Notes: generated from the letters alone by a model not told the origin. DNA of 64,000 nucleotides from Candidatus Omnitrophota bacterium (GCA_028865345.1 JAGWKL010000002.1:665-64664), one strand, 5' to 3'. Shown: positions 35,916 through 45,508, counted from the first letter of the stretch. Translations and numbers: made by a program.

Positions 35916-38321
35916 CTATATGCGCGCTTTGGCTGAAATACGCATTTCATAAAAGGAGCGGATCAAAAAGAACAGGGCAACGCCAAAAAAGACAACGGCA
36001 AGAAAAATGTCAAGCCCCCGGCCCAAACCAATGGCAATTTCAATGGCCAGCAACCCAAACAAGGTCGTAAATTTGATGATCGGATTGATGGCCACCGATG
36101 ATGTGTCTTTAAAAGGATCCCCCACCGTGTCCCCGACCACCGTTGCCGCATGTAATTCTGTGCCTTTTTCCTGATACGTCACTTCTACCAACTTTTTAGC
36201 ATTGTCCCACGCCCCGCCGGCGTTGGCCATGAAAATGGCTTGAAAAAGGCCGAAAACGGCAATGGAGATCAGATAGCCTATGAAGAAATACGGCTCCAGA
36301 CAGGCGAAAGCAAGGGTCATAAAAAGCACGGCCACGAAAATATTGATCATCCCCTTTTGGGCGAACATCGTACAAATTTCTACGACCCTTGTACTGTCCT
36401 GTTTGGAGGATCTGTCTGTTCCTTCCAACTTGATATGTTCCTTGATATACTGCACAGTATGATAAGCCCCTGTGGTCACCGCCTGAATGGAGGCGCCGGA
36501 AAACCAGAAGATCATGCCCCCGCCGCTTAAAAGCCCGAGCAACAAAGGCGGATAAAGCACCGACATGTTCTCCATATGCACTGTGAGGCCGCGGGTTAAT
36601 ATCATAATGATAGAAAAAATCATGGTGGTGGCGCCAACCACGGCTGTCCCGATCAACACCGGCTTTGAAGTGGCCTTAAAGGTGTTCCCCGCCCCGTCAT
36701 TGGCTTCCAGATGATGTTTGGCAAGCTCGAAATTCGGCGTAAAACCGCTGGTCTTTGCGATTTCTTCCTTAATATTCGGAATGGCCTCGACAAGAGAGAG
36801 TTCATAAATCGACTGCGCGTTGTCGGAAACAGGCCCATAAGAATCAACGGCAATGGTGACTGCCCCCATCCCTAAAAATCCGAACGCCACCAGGCCAAAG
36901 GCAAACACCGCGGGTGCTATCATGATGGCATCCAACCCCATTAAACTGACAAAATAGCCTAAAGCCATCAGGACCACGATCACCAGCCCCATCCAATACG
37001 CGCTGTAATTCCCCGCCACCAGCCCGGAAAGGATATTCAGCGAGGTGCCACCCTTTTTGGAGCATTCGTAAATGTTCTTCACAAAATCCGAATTCATGGA
37101 TGTAAAGACCTTGATCCCCTCCGGAATGACGGCACCGGCCAAGGTGCCGCAGGTGATGATGGTGGCCAGCTTCCACCAAAACGTACCGTCCCCCAAATTC
37201 GGGATAAGGACATAGGAGGCCACATAGGTCAGGATGATCGAAAAAATCGAGGTGATCCATACCAGGGAGGTCAAGGGATCTTCAAAGTTCATTTCTTTAG
37301 CATTGGCATAGCGCCTTTTGGCAAAAAAATGGTTGATTTCATAAGAAAAACCGCTGGCGATCAGCATGATCAAACGCATGGAAAAGATCCAAACCAGGAG
37401 CTCTGCCTGGACCTGCGGATTTTTGACGGCCAAGAGAATAAAAGCGATGAGCGCCACTCCGGTCACCCCGTAGGTCTCGAAACCGTCCGCCGTGGGCCCA
37501 ACCGAGTCCCCCGCATTGTCCCCCACGCAATCGGCGATGACCCCCGGATTGCGCGCGTCGTCCTCCTTGATATTAAAAACGATCTTCATGAGATCAGACC
37601 CGATGTCCGCAATTTTTGTAAAAATGCCGCCTGCGATCCTCAGAACGGAGGCGCCCAACGATTCACCGATGGCAAAACCGATAAAACATGGGCCGGCATA
37701 GTTGGGATTAATAAAAAGAAGAATGCATAACATGACAAAAAGTTCAATGCTGATAAGGAGCATGCCGATGCTCATGCCCGCCTGCAAAGGAATGGAATAG
37801 ACCGGAAATGGTTTGCCTTCCAGGCTCGCAAAGGCGCAACGCGAATTCGCCAGGGTGTTGATCCTCATGCCAAACCAGGCGACACTATAGCTTCCGGCGA
37901 TACCGATGAGACTGCAGACTAAAATAAGAGCGACCCTGCCGGCGTCAAAATGGCGCAGCCAGCCGAAATAGGCCACCATGACACCCCCGATCAGGACCTC
38001 CAAAACCAGCAGGAACTTCCCCTGGGCAATAAGATATGCTTTACAGGTCGAATAAATGAGCTCGGAGATCTCTTTCATGCTTTGATGCACCGGCATCTTT
38101 TTCAATTGCCCGAACTGATAGATACCAAAAAATGCCCCGAAAGCGCAGACAATAAGACCTAACATCAATGCGGTGTGGCCGTTTAAGTGAAAAATAAGAG
38201 GAACCGAGGATAAATCAGGCACTATCAGGTCTGATTCGCCCGCCCAAGCTCCCGGAAGACCCAGAAAAAATGCCATGAACGTTAAAAGTCCAAGTCTATA
38301 AAACTTCTGACGACGGCTCAT
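35916..38321 (-). CDS. hppA: Membrane-bound ion-translocating pyrophosphatase, copy 1 (K+-independent-type signature)
   Basis: KEDDARNPGVIADCVGDNAGDSVGPTAD, GDTVGDPFKDTS, and GNTFKATSKP, which has Lys at the A/K discriminator position. About 16 TM helices, 801 aa. Confidence 0.9.
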   Translation of the reverse strand: MSRRQKFYRLGLLTFMAFFLGLPGAWAGESDLIVPDLSSVPLIFHLNGHTALMLGLIVCAFGAFFGIYQFGQLKKMPVHQSMKEISELIYSTCKAYLIAQGKFLLVLEVLIGGVMVAYFGWLRHFDAGRVALILVCSLIGIAGSYSVAWFGMRINTLANSRCAFASLEGKPFPVYSIPLQAGMSIGMLLISIELFVMLCILLFINPNYAGPCFIGFAIGESLGASVLRIAGGIFTKIADIGSDLMKIVFNIKEDDARNPGVIADCVGDNAGDSVGPTADGFETYGVTGVALIAFILLAVKNPQVQAELLVWIFSMRLIMLIASGFSYEINHFFAKRRYANAKEMNFEDPLTSLVWITSIFSIILTYVASYVLIPNLGDGTFWWKLATIITCGTLAGAVIPEGIKVFTSMNSDFVKNIYECSKKGGTSLNILSGLVAGNYSAYWMGLVIVVLMALGYFVSLMGLDAIMIAPAVFAFGLVAFGFLGMGAVTIAVDSYGPVSDNAQSIYELSLVEAIPNIKEEIAKTSGFTPNFELAKHHLEANDGAGNTFKATSKPVLIGTAVVGATTMIFSIIMILTRGLTVHMENMSVLYPPLLLGLLSGGGMIFWFSGASIQAVTTGAYHTVQYIKEHIKLEGTDRSSKQDSTRVVEICTMFAQKGMINIFVAVLFMTLAFACLEPYFFIGYLISIAVFGLFQAIFMANAGGAWDNAKKLVEVTYQEKGTELHAATVVGDTVGDPFKDTSSVAINPIIKFTTLFGLLAIEIAIGLGRGLDIFLAVVFFGVALFFLIRSFYEMRISAKARI

Positions 38322-38435
38322 ATTTCACTCCTTTATAAAATGACTTTCATACCTTTTTTAGTATAAAAGCCTTCTGTCGGTACTGAAATGAGTAATTGCC
38401 TGGAGATTGCTACGTAGTATTACTTAAAGGAGGGC

Positions 38436-40193
38436 TTATTGTTGAATAACACGCAGGAATTCTTTGGCGGCTTCCGCAGGGCCGTTGCGCTCCCAGCCGG
38501 AAAGCCCCAGGCGGGTGCGGAGCAATCCCACAAAAACCCCGGCCTTAAAGAAAGCGTCAAAATATTTCTTCGCCAATTGCTCATGAAGTTCCTTGTACTG
38601 GACAGGACCGAAAACATTGGCGAAATAGGAGTGGACTATCCCGCTTGAAGTGGTGGTGCCTTTGCTCATCACTGTCCCATCCCGGAAGATCTTGATGGCA
38701 GATTCGGACGTTTTCAACTTCTCAATGATGGGATGATCATCATCAATATCTTCATAATTGTTGGCATACAGGATAAAATCAACCTGGTGGCCTTTGATCA
38801 GATTATTAAAGGTGGTGACCGGCAGAATGATGCGCGCGTTGACCTGGTTGGCGTTCATGATGATGGCGCGGTCGATCTGCCCAAGGGCATAACCGGGCTG
38901 CAGGTCGTCCAGGCGCAGGAAAGCGCCGATCTCCGTCCCTCGGCCCATGACTTTTCCCTGCGCTGACAAAGCCAAGGATCCCATGTCGTCCGCAATAACG
39001 ATAATATCCTGGATGTAAAGGTCCCCCAAGGTGCGGAATGCCTCCAACGTTTCCGATTTTCCGGCCCCTGTGTCCCCCATCAATAAAACGGTAACGTCTT
39101 TATCGCCCTTAAGGATGATGCGCACCATGGCCCCGTGAAAAGGCAGGTGCCCCATTTTCATGATCTTGATGTTATGGAGCGTCAGGATCATTTTCTTCAA
39201 ATAACCGAAATAACCGAATTCGTCGCGGCCGGGGACCGCGCCGACCAAAAGACCGTTTCTTTCATCATCGAAGAAAACCGTCGGCATCTTGCTAAGACCG
39301 TCCAATACCGCGCCCGGAACCCCAAAAGCAAAAACCGCATCAGGGACGCGTTCCAAATCCTTGTCATCTGCCATTTCGAAAAGATTGCACAGCGAAAGAC
39401 CGAGTTCGAAAAACATTTTATGGAAATAAACCAGGACAATGAGCGGCCCCACCTTGGCCGGATAACACAGCCATTCATCCTTGTCGAAATCAAACAAGTC
39501 CATGGGGTTCTGCGCCACGCGTTCGAATTTTCCCGTACGCTTGTTCATCGGCGTATCCAGTATCAAAGGCGGATACAGAAGCACCTGCCGGATGATGGGC
39601 ACCCCCCGCAATTTTTCATAAACACCGGAAGGCAAATTCAATTTCCGCTGGGAAGTGATCACCCCGACTTCGGCGCCGGCAATGACCTGCCGGTAAATAC
39701 GCGGGTGTTGTTTGGTCAAATTCTCGGCAATATCGCGGTAGGTCCCCCGGATGAGGTGGCTCAACGGTTCGACCACATTATTGAAGGTGCGGTAAGGCCT
39801 TTGATCCAGGTCACGGCCTGCCGAATCACAGACGACAAAACGCTCCAGGGAGCGCCAATAGTTGTAAAGATATTCAATAAAATCATTGAGCAGGAACTTG
39901 TCTTGCAAAAGCACCTCTGATCCTGGAACTGCGCCAGGCAGAAGGTCTGCGGAATTCTTGCTCAAAAACTTGAAACTCCTGATAATGAGATCGATCTCAT
40001 CCTTATCTGCAGGCTTGTCGGCGTGGAATATATTTAAAAGAATGGAATTCTTGTGCTTGAGCTCCGCCATGCAGTCGCCCAGCACCCTCTTGAACAATTC
40101 GCTGTTAAGGACATCCTCCGTGGTGAAACAGACCTTATCATTAAAATGGATGATGACCTTGTTGCCGTGAATATCGAAATGGGAATTATTCAT
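38436..40193 (-). CDS. Uncharacterised protein with an HprK/PEPCK-type P-loop
   Basis: HGAMVRI...VTVLLMGDTGAGKSETLEAF...VIADDMG (P-loop at about 39051-39077). The remaining ~350 N-terminal aa are unrecognised. No TM segment or signal peptide. Confidence 0.6.
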   Translation of the reverse strand: MNNSHFDIHGNKVIIHFNDKVCFTTEDVLNSELFKRVLGDCMAELKHKNSILLNIFHADKPADKDEIDLIIRSFKFLSKNSADLLPGAVPGSEVLLQDKFLLNDFIEYLYNYWRSLERFVVCDSAGRDLDQRPYRTFNNVVEPLSHLIRGTYRDIAENLTKQHPRIYRQVIAGAEVGVITSQRKLNLPSGVYEKLRGVPIIRQVLLYPPLILDTPMNKRTGKFERVAQNPMDLFDFDKDEWLCYPAKVGPLIVLVYFHKMFFELGLSLCNLFEMADDKDLERVPDAVFAFGVPGAVLDGLSKMPTVFFDDERNGLLVGAVPGRDEFGYFGYLKKMILTLHNIKIMKMGHLPFHGAMVRIILKGDKDVTVLLMGDTGAGKSETLEAFRTLGDLYIQDIIVIADDMGSLALSAQGKVMGRGTEIGAFLRLDDLQPGYALGQIDRAIIMNANQVNARIILPVTTFNNLIKGHQVDFILYANNYEDIDDDHPIIEKLKTSESAIKIFRDGTVMSKGTTTSSGIVHSYFANVFGPVQYKELHEQLAKKYFDAFFKAGVFVGLLRTRLGLSGWERNGPAEAAKEFLRVIQQ

Positions 40194-40275
40194 CAGTTCT
40201 TGCCATTGAAGGATCTACGGGTTTAAAAAATCTATATATAGTAAGACTTTTTATCCCATCTCACAACATTTTTCT

Positions 40276-41175
40276 TTATTTTAGGGAAACACCGAAACCT
40301 TTGAGGTGCCGTATCCAGCCGGCCATGAATTTGGCCCGGTCCATGACAATGCTGTCTTCTATTTGTCCCTGGACCGTTCCTTCTAACTTAAACGATTTCG
40401 CGCTTAAGTTCTTCAGTACATACCGGATGGCGGGTTGGGTTTGTTGATAAAAGGTGTTCAGGCGCTCGTCGATGACCTCCGGCCTGTCATCCTCCCGTAT
40501 TTCCGCGGGGCGGTTCTCCAAAGCAGCTTTGGAGATCTCTTGGGCTATCCGCATTTGAGCGCGTTGTTTGAAGACCGTATCCTGTTTGCGGGGGATGTGC
40601 GCATGGACATACAAATCAACGGCCAGCGGCTTGCCTTGCCACAGAATCTTGCCCGACTGCAGTATTTTTACCTGTTCTAAATTCCGGGGAAAACCGTCGA
40701 AGAATAACCCAAAGGCCTTATTGTAGGGTTCTGTTTTCAAAACAGCGGTGACCACATTAATGACGGTCTCATCGCTGATCATTTTGCCGGCTTTCATTTC
40801 GGCCAAATCCCGGTCGGTCACAAAAGAAAGGAAAGGGCCGTATTTTTCCAGGTCTTCCGCAGAGGCGCTGCCGGGGTCTTTCCTGATTTTTAATATCTTC
40901 CTGAAATAACCGCCCAGGACCAGGGTTTCATACCGTGAACCTTCAGGCAAGAATTTATTAAGTTCTTTAATCAACCAGGCGGACAAAGTGCCTTTGCCGC
41001 AACCGGCTTTGCCTAAGATCGTAAAAATACGCACCTTGCCGATAAACTGTTTTATCGCATCTTTGATAAGGTTTTGAACGGCCGTATCTTTATTCGATTC
41101 CGGGTGCCGCAAAACCATGAACATGCGGTTTCTGATCGCTGAGGACACACGGCAGACCACTTTTAGTTTACGCAT
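40276..41175 (-). CDS. Adenylate-kinase-family protein with N- and C-terminal extensions
   Basis: P-loop ILGKAGCGKGT, MKAGKMISDETV, FFDGFPRNLEQ, and REDDRPEVIDERLNTFYQQTQP. It is a short-LID type. At 299 aa it is longer than the ~215 aa of canonical Adk. Confidence 0.7.
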   Translation of the reverse strand: MRKLKVVCRVSSAIRNRMFMVLRHPESNKDTAVQNLIKDAIKQFIGKVRIFTILGKAGCGKGTLSAWLIKELNKFLPEGSRYETLVLGGYFRKILKIRKDPGSASAEDLEKYGPFLSFVTDRDLAEMKAGKMISDETVINVVTAVLKTEPYNKAFGLFFDGFPRNLEQVKILQSGKILWQGKPLAVDLYVHAHIPRKQDTVFKQRAQMRIAQEISKAALENRPAEIREDDRPEVIDERLNTFYQQTQPAIRYVLKNLSAKSFKLEGTVQGQIEDSIVMDRAKFMAGWIRHLKGFGVSLK

Positions 41176-41245
41176 GTTTATAGCATATATTCTCTTATAA
41201 AATTATGGAATACATCAAAATACGTAAGGATGTCGGTACAAGTAC

Positions 41246-41509
41246 TTACTGACGGGAGCTCAGGCAGGTGCACTGGGGAGGTGAAAACATAGGCCACTTA
41301 AATTCGTAACCGGCATATCCTGCCTGCGTGCATTTGTTCTCGCAAGCCGTAGTTTGAACGCCTGATTGCTGGTACTTCTGATAGGCATTATAGAACAGCC
41401 AGGCGATAACAGGGATGCAGATGACCGATACGATCAGCGGGCGCCAGGAATGGTCTTGCGCTTTATGGGGTTGGGACAAATCGCTCATATTTTCAGTATA
41501 AAGGCTCAT
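41246..41509 (-). CDS. Small single-pass membrane protein with a four-Cys C-terminal domain
   Basis: TM helix LIVSVICIPVIAWLFY. C-terminal CENKC...CTC. Confidence 0.45.
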   Translation of the reverse strand: MSLYTENMSDLSQPHKAQDHSWRPLIVSVICIPVIAWLFYNAYQKYQQSGVQTTACENKCTQAGYAGYEFKWPMFSPPQCTCLSSRQ

Positions 41510-41576
41510 TACTATTTTTCAATTATTTTGTCCACTTTCTGACCTTACTTGAAAGACGGCCATGACCCGCCGCACT

Positions 41577-43973
41577 TTAAGCTGAAATACGCATCTCGTA
41601 AAAAGACCGGACCAAAAAGAACACGGCAACTGTAAAAAAAACAGCCGCCAAAAATATATCCAGCCCCCGGCTTAACCCGATGGCGATCTCAATGGCCAGT
41701 AAGCCGAACAATGTCGTGAATTTGATGATCGGATTGATGGCCACAGATGAAGTGTCTTTAAACGGGTCCCCCACCGTGTCTCCCACCACCGTCGCCGCAT
41801 GCAATTCAGTGCCTCTCTCTTGGTATGTGACTTCCACGAGCTTCTTGGCATTGTCCCATGCTCCGCCGGCATTGGCCATGAAAATGGCCTGAAAGAACCC
41901 GAAGGCGGCAATGGAGATCAAATACCCTATAAAAAAATACGGCTCCAGGCAGGCAAAGGCGAGAGTGGTAAAAAGGACGGTCACGAAAATATTGATCATG
42001 CCTTTTTGGGCGAATACCGTGCAAATTTCCACCACCTTTTTGCTGTCCTTGGTGGAAGCCCTGCCTTCCTGGTCCAGCTTTATGTTTTCTTTGATGTATT
42101 GCACGGTGTGGTAGGCGCCGGTGGTCACCGCCTGGATGGAAGCCCCGGAAAACCAATAGATCATGCCGCCCCCGCTCAAGAGCCCAAGCAGGAATGGAGG
42201 ATAAAGTACGGATAAATTTTCCATATGGACCGTAAGGCCGCGGGTCAATATCATGATGATGGAAAAGATCATGGTGGTGGCCCCCACCACGGCCGTTCCG
42301 ATCAAAACAGGCTTGGCTGTGGCTTTAAAAGTGTTGCCTGCGCCGTCATTGGATTCCAGATGGTGCTTGGCAAGCTCAAAGTCAGGCGTAAAGCCATGGT
42401 CCCTGATGATCTCCTCTTTGATATGAGGAAGGGTCTCGATGAGAGAAAGCTCATAAATGGATTGTGCATTGTCGGAAACCGGCCCATAGGAATCAACGGC
42501 AATGGTGACCGGCCCCATGCCCAAAAATCCAAACGCCACCAGGCCAAAAGCAAACACCGCCGGTGCGATCATAATGGCATTCAGGCCAAGAGTACTGATA
42601 AAAGAAGCAACGGCCATCAGGACCACAATGACCACCCCCATCCAGTGGGCGCTGTAATTCCCCGCCACCAAGCCTGATAGGATATTAAGAGAAGCCCCTC
42701 CTTTTTTGGAGCTTTGATAAATGTTCTTCACAAAATCTGAATTCAAGGAAGTAAACACCTTGGTCCCCTCCGGTATGACCGCTCCTGCCATGGTGCCGCA
42801 GCTGATGATGGCGGCGAGTTTCCACCAGTAGGTGCCATCACCCAAAGATCGTATGAGGGCAAAAGAAGCCAGGAAAACCAGGGCGATCGATACGATGGAG
42901 GTGATCCACACCAGGGATGTCAACGGCGCTTCGAAATCCATGGTGTGAGTTTTTAAATAGCGCCTTTTGGCAAAAAAATTATTGATCTCGTAGGAAAGGC
43001 CGCTGGCGATGATCATGATGGTGCCGATGAAAAATATCCACACCAACAGCCTGGCCTGAACCAGGGGATTTTTAACAGCCAAAAGAATAAAGGAAATAAG
43101 CGCCACCCCGGTCACGCCGTAGGTCTCAAAAGCATCCGCCGTAGGACCCACCGAGTCGCCGGCATTGTCTCCCACGCAATCGGCGACCACCCCGGGATTA
43201 CGCGCGTCGTCTTCCTTGATGTTAAAAGCGATCTTCATGAGATCGGCGCCGATGTCCGCAATTTTGGTAAAGATCCCTCCGGCGACCCTCAGCACAGACG
43301 CGCCCAACGATTCACCAATGGCAAAACCGATAAAGCAAGGGCCGGAATAATCGGGGTTGATAAAAAGGATGATGCTTAACATGACGAAAAGTTCCGTGCT
43401 TATCAACAACATGCCGATGCTCATACCCGCCTGCAGGGGAATGGAATAAACGGGAAAGGGTTTGCCTGCAAGGCTTGCGAAAGCGCACCGGGCATTGGCC
43501 TTGCCGTTGATCCTCATGCCGAACCATGCCACGGCATAGCTTCCGGCGATGCCGATCAGGCTGCAGACTAAAATAAGAACGACTTTGTCGGCGTCAAAAT
43601 GCCGCAGCCATCCGAAATAGGCCACCATGACAGCACCGATCAAAACTTCCAGGGCAAGCAAAAACTTTCCCTGGGCGATGAGATAGGTTTTGCAGGTCGT
43701 ATAAATGAGCCGGGAGATATCTTCCATGCTTTTATGCACGGGCATTTTCTTCAAACGTGCGTACTGGTACATTCCGAAAAAGATGCCGAAAATGCATACC
43801 AAAAGCCCCAAGATGAGGGTCCTGCGGCCGTCCAAACCAAAAATGCCGGGTACAGCGGACAAATCCGGAACCTTCAAATCCGCCTCACCGGCCCATGCCG
43901 GCGAAACACCTGAAAAGAATGCCGCAAAAATTACAAACCAGGATTTACAGACCCCCGTCCACCGATTCTTCAT
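41577..43973 (-). CDS. hppA: Membrane-bound ion-translocating pyrophosphatase, copy 2 (paralogue of 35916-38321)
   Basis: It has the same motifs as copy 1 and is co-linear along its whole length. A good SD (AAGGGAG) precedes ATG 43973. Confidence 0.9.
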   Translation of the reverse strand: MKNRWTGVCKSWFVIFAAFFSGVSPAWAGEADLKVPDLSAVPGIFGLDGRRTLILGLLVCIFGIFFGMYQYARLKKMPVHKSMEDISRLIYTTCKTYLIAQGKFLLALEVLIGAVMVAYFGWLRHFDADKVVLILVCSLIGIAGSYAVAWFGMRINGKANARCAFASLAGKPFPVYSIPLQAGMSIGMLLISTELFVMLSIILFINPDYSGPCFIGFAIGESLGASVLRVAGGIFTKIADIGADLMKIAFNIKEDDARNPGVVADCVGDNAGDSVGPTADAFETYGVTGVALISFILLAVKNPLVQARLLVWIFFIGTIMIIASGLSYEINNFFAKRRYLKTHTMDFEAPLTSLVWITSIVSIALVFLASFALIRSLGDGTYWWKLAAIISCGTMAGAVIPEGTKVFTSLNSDFVKNIYQSSKKGGASLNILSGLVAGNYSAHWMGVVIVVLMAVASFISTLGLNAIMIAPAVFAFGLVAFGFLGMGPVTIAVDSYGPVSDNAQSIYELSLIETLPHIKEEIIRDHGFTPDFELAKHHLESNDGAGNTFKATAKPVLIGTAVVGATTMIFSIIMILTRGLTVHMENLSVLYPPFLLGLLSGGGMIYWFSGASIQAVTTGAYHTVQYIKENIKLDQEGRASTKDSKKVVEICTVFAQKGMINIFVTVLFTTLAFACLEPYFFIGYLISIAAFGFFQAIFMANAGGAWDNAKKLVEVTYQERGTELHAATVVGDTVGDPFKDTSSVAINPIIKFTTLFGLLAIEIAIGLSRGLDIFLAAVFFTVAVFFLVRSFYEMRISA

Positions 43974-43996
43974 AACTCCCTTTCTTTATTTAAGAA

Positions 43997-44081
43997 CGGA
44001 GAGGGTGAGATTCGAACTCACGGCCCCTTGCGAGGCAACGGTTTTCAAGACCGCCGCATTCGACCACTCTGCCACCTCTCC
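43997..44081 (-). tRNA. tRNA-Ser (anticodon UGA)
   Basis: Manual cloverleaf. Acceptor GGAGAGG/CCTCTCC with discriminator G. Anticodon stem GCGGT/ACCGT with loop CTTGAAA. Long variable arm GCCTC-GCAA-GGGGC. T arm GTGAG-TTCGAAT-CTCAC. CCA is not encoded. Confidence 0.92.
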
Positions 44082-44157
44082 AAAATTTAAAGAAATAATT
44101 TGGGCGTATACATAAAAAAGGATATATTAACAAAAGGTCCAAATCTTAACAAGAAAT

Positions 44158-45480
44158 ATGAAAACGTTCAAACCTTTTCCCTTACCTCTCCATGTGTCGG
44201 GCGTTTTCCTTTTCTCATTGATCTACTGGATTTTTCTGTCTCTGAAAAGTATTTCTGCCGACCTCATTGGTTATAAAACCTTGGGGTCTATCATTTACCA
44301 CCAAGGGTTGGTCGGATACGCAGCCACCGGGCTGCAACGTGAACCTCTCTATCCCCTGTTATGTTCCTTGGCCATGTATGTAGAACACTTAAGCGGTGTT
44401 AATTTCACTCATATCATGGCAGCTTTAAGCATCATCATGTTGATGATCTCTCAAATTCTAATATATGCCATTTTAAGAAAACTGAACATCCGCCCTTTGA
44501 TCTGTTCTTTAGTGCTGCTTTATTGGGCCGTATCGCCATGCATCACAGAATCCGCCTTTCACATATTATTATTTTGCGAAATCGTTACCTATCCCCTCAT
44601 TCTTGCCGTAATTATTTTCTCTTACCTCGGATGGGAATCTGTAAAAGAAAACGACAAAGGGGAGGCCTGCGCCTATGGAGCCCTTACAGGCCTTTTATTT
44701 GCATTGCTGACCCTCGTGAAAGCCGCATTTGAATGTATTTGCCCTGCCTATCTTATATTCTTTTTCCTGGGAGCCTTGCATAAAAATAAATTTTCCGCTT
44801 CTCTGATCTGTTTTCTGGCTGCTGCAGGCTTATTATTTTATTCTCCTATCGTTGGCTACAAATCTTTAAATAAAATGTATAATGGGCATTTTGCCGTTAC
44901 TAACAGGGGCGACTGGGCCTTTTATGGAGTTGCGGCCCACCGTGTAAGACCTCTCAAGAACTACCTCATCAATCTTGATTTCGTAATAGGCAACTGCGAG
45001 GCCTTTTTTCAATCATCAGCATGCAACTCTGTAAGTTCCGGTATTTCGGATAGTTTAGGGACACAAAAGGCGGCAGAATTGGCCGCCAAGCACATCCCGC
45101 CGCAAGCCGTCTCAAATACCCTTCTGCAGTTGTCCATCCAGAAAATCCTGTCCCATCCGTTTCAATATATTTTGTTATCAGCAACCGAAGGACTCAAAGC
45201 ATTATTTTGGGAAAACAACGCCGGTATCATTCCACTGCGGTTCATTATGCCTATCATTACATTCTTTGCGATCATTTATTGCTGTTTCAACTTTGCCCAA
45301 GCCCCCATTTTGATAAAAAACATTATGGCTATGATTTTCTTATTTGTTTTCTTTTATTCATTTTTTGACACTTTGGGCCGCTATTTTCTTCCGATTTCTT
45401 CCCTATACCTTATCAGCATCGGTTACTGCATGAATTCATTATGCAACTTTCTATCCCCTTCTAAAAACACTATAGTTTAA
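44158..45480 (+). CDS. Polytopic membrane protein, possibly a GT39/GT83-like (PMT/ArnT-type) glycosyltransferase
   Basis: About 11-12 TM helices in 440 aa, with a first-loop segment LQREPLYPLL reminiscent of the PMT_2 family. The GC content is markedly low. Confidence 0.4.
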   Translation: MKTFKPFPLPLHVSGVFLFSLIYWIFLSLKSISADLIGYKTLGSIIYHQGLVGYAATGLQREPLYPLLCSLAMYVEHLSGVNFTHIMAALSIIMLMISQILIYAILRKLNIRPLICSLVLLYWAVSPCITESAFHILLFCEIVTYPLILAVIIFSYLGWESVKENDKGEACAYGALTGLLFALLTLVKAAFECICPAYLIFFFLGALHKNKFSASLICFLAAAGLLFYSPIVGYKSLNKMYNGHFAVTNRGDWAFYGVAAHRVRPLKNYLINLDFVIGNCEAFFQSSACNSVSSGISDSLGTQKAAELAAKHIPPQAVSNTLLQLSIQKILSHPFQYILLSATEGLKALFWENNAGIIPLRFIMPIITFFAIIYCCFNFAQAPILIKNIMAMIFLFVFFYSFFDTLGRYFLPISSLYLISIGYCMNSLCNFLSPSKNTIV

Positions 45481-45508
45481 TATATTTATAGGATTCTGCA
45501 CTCTATAT

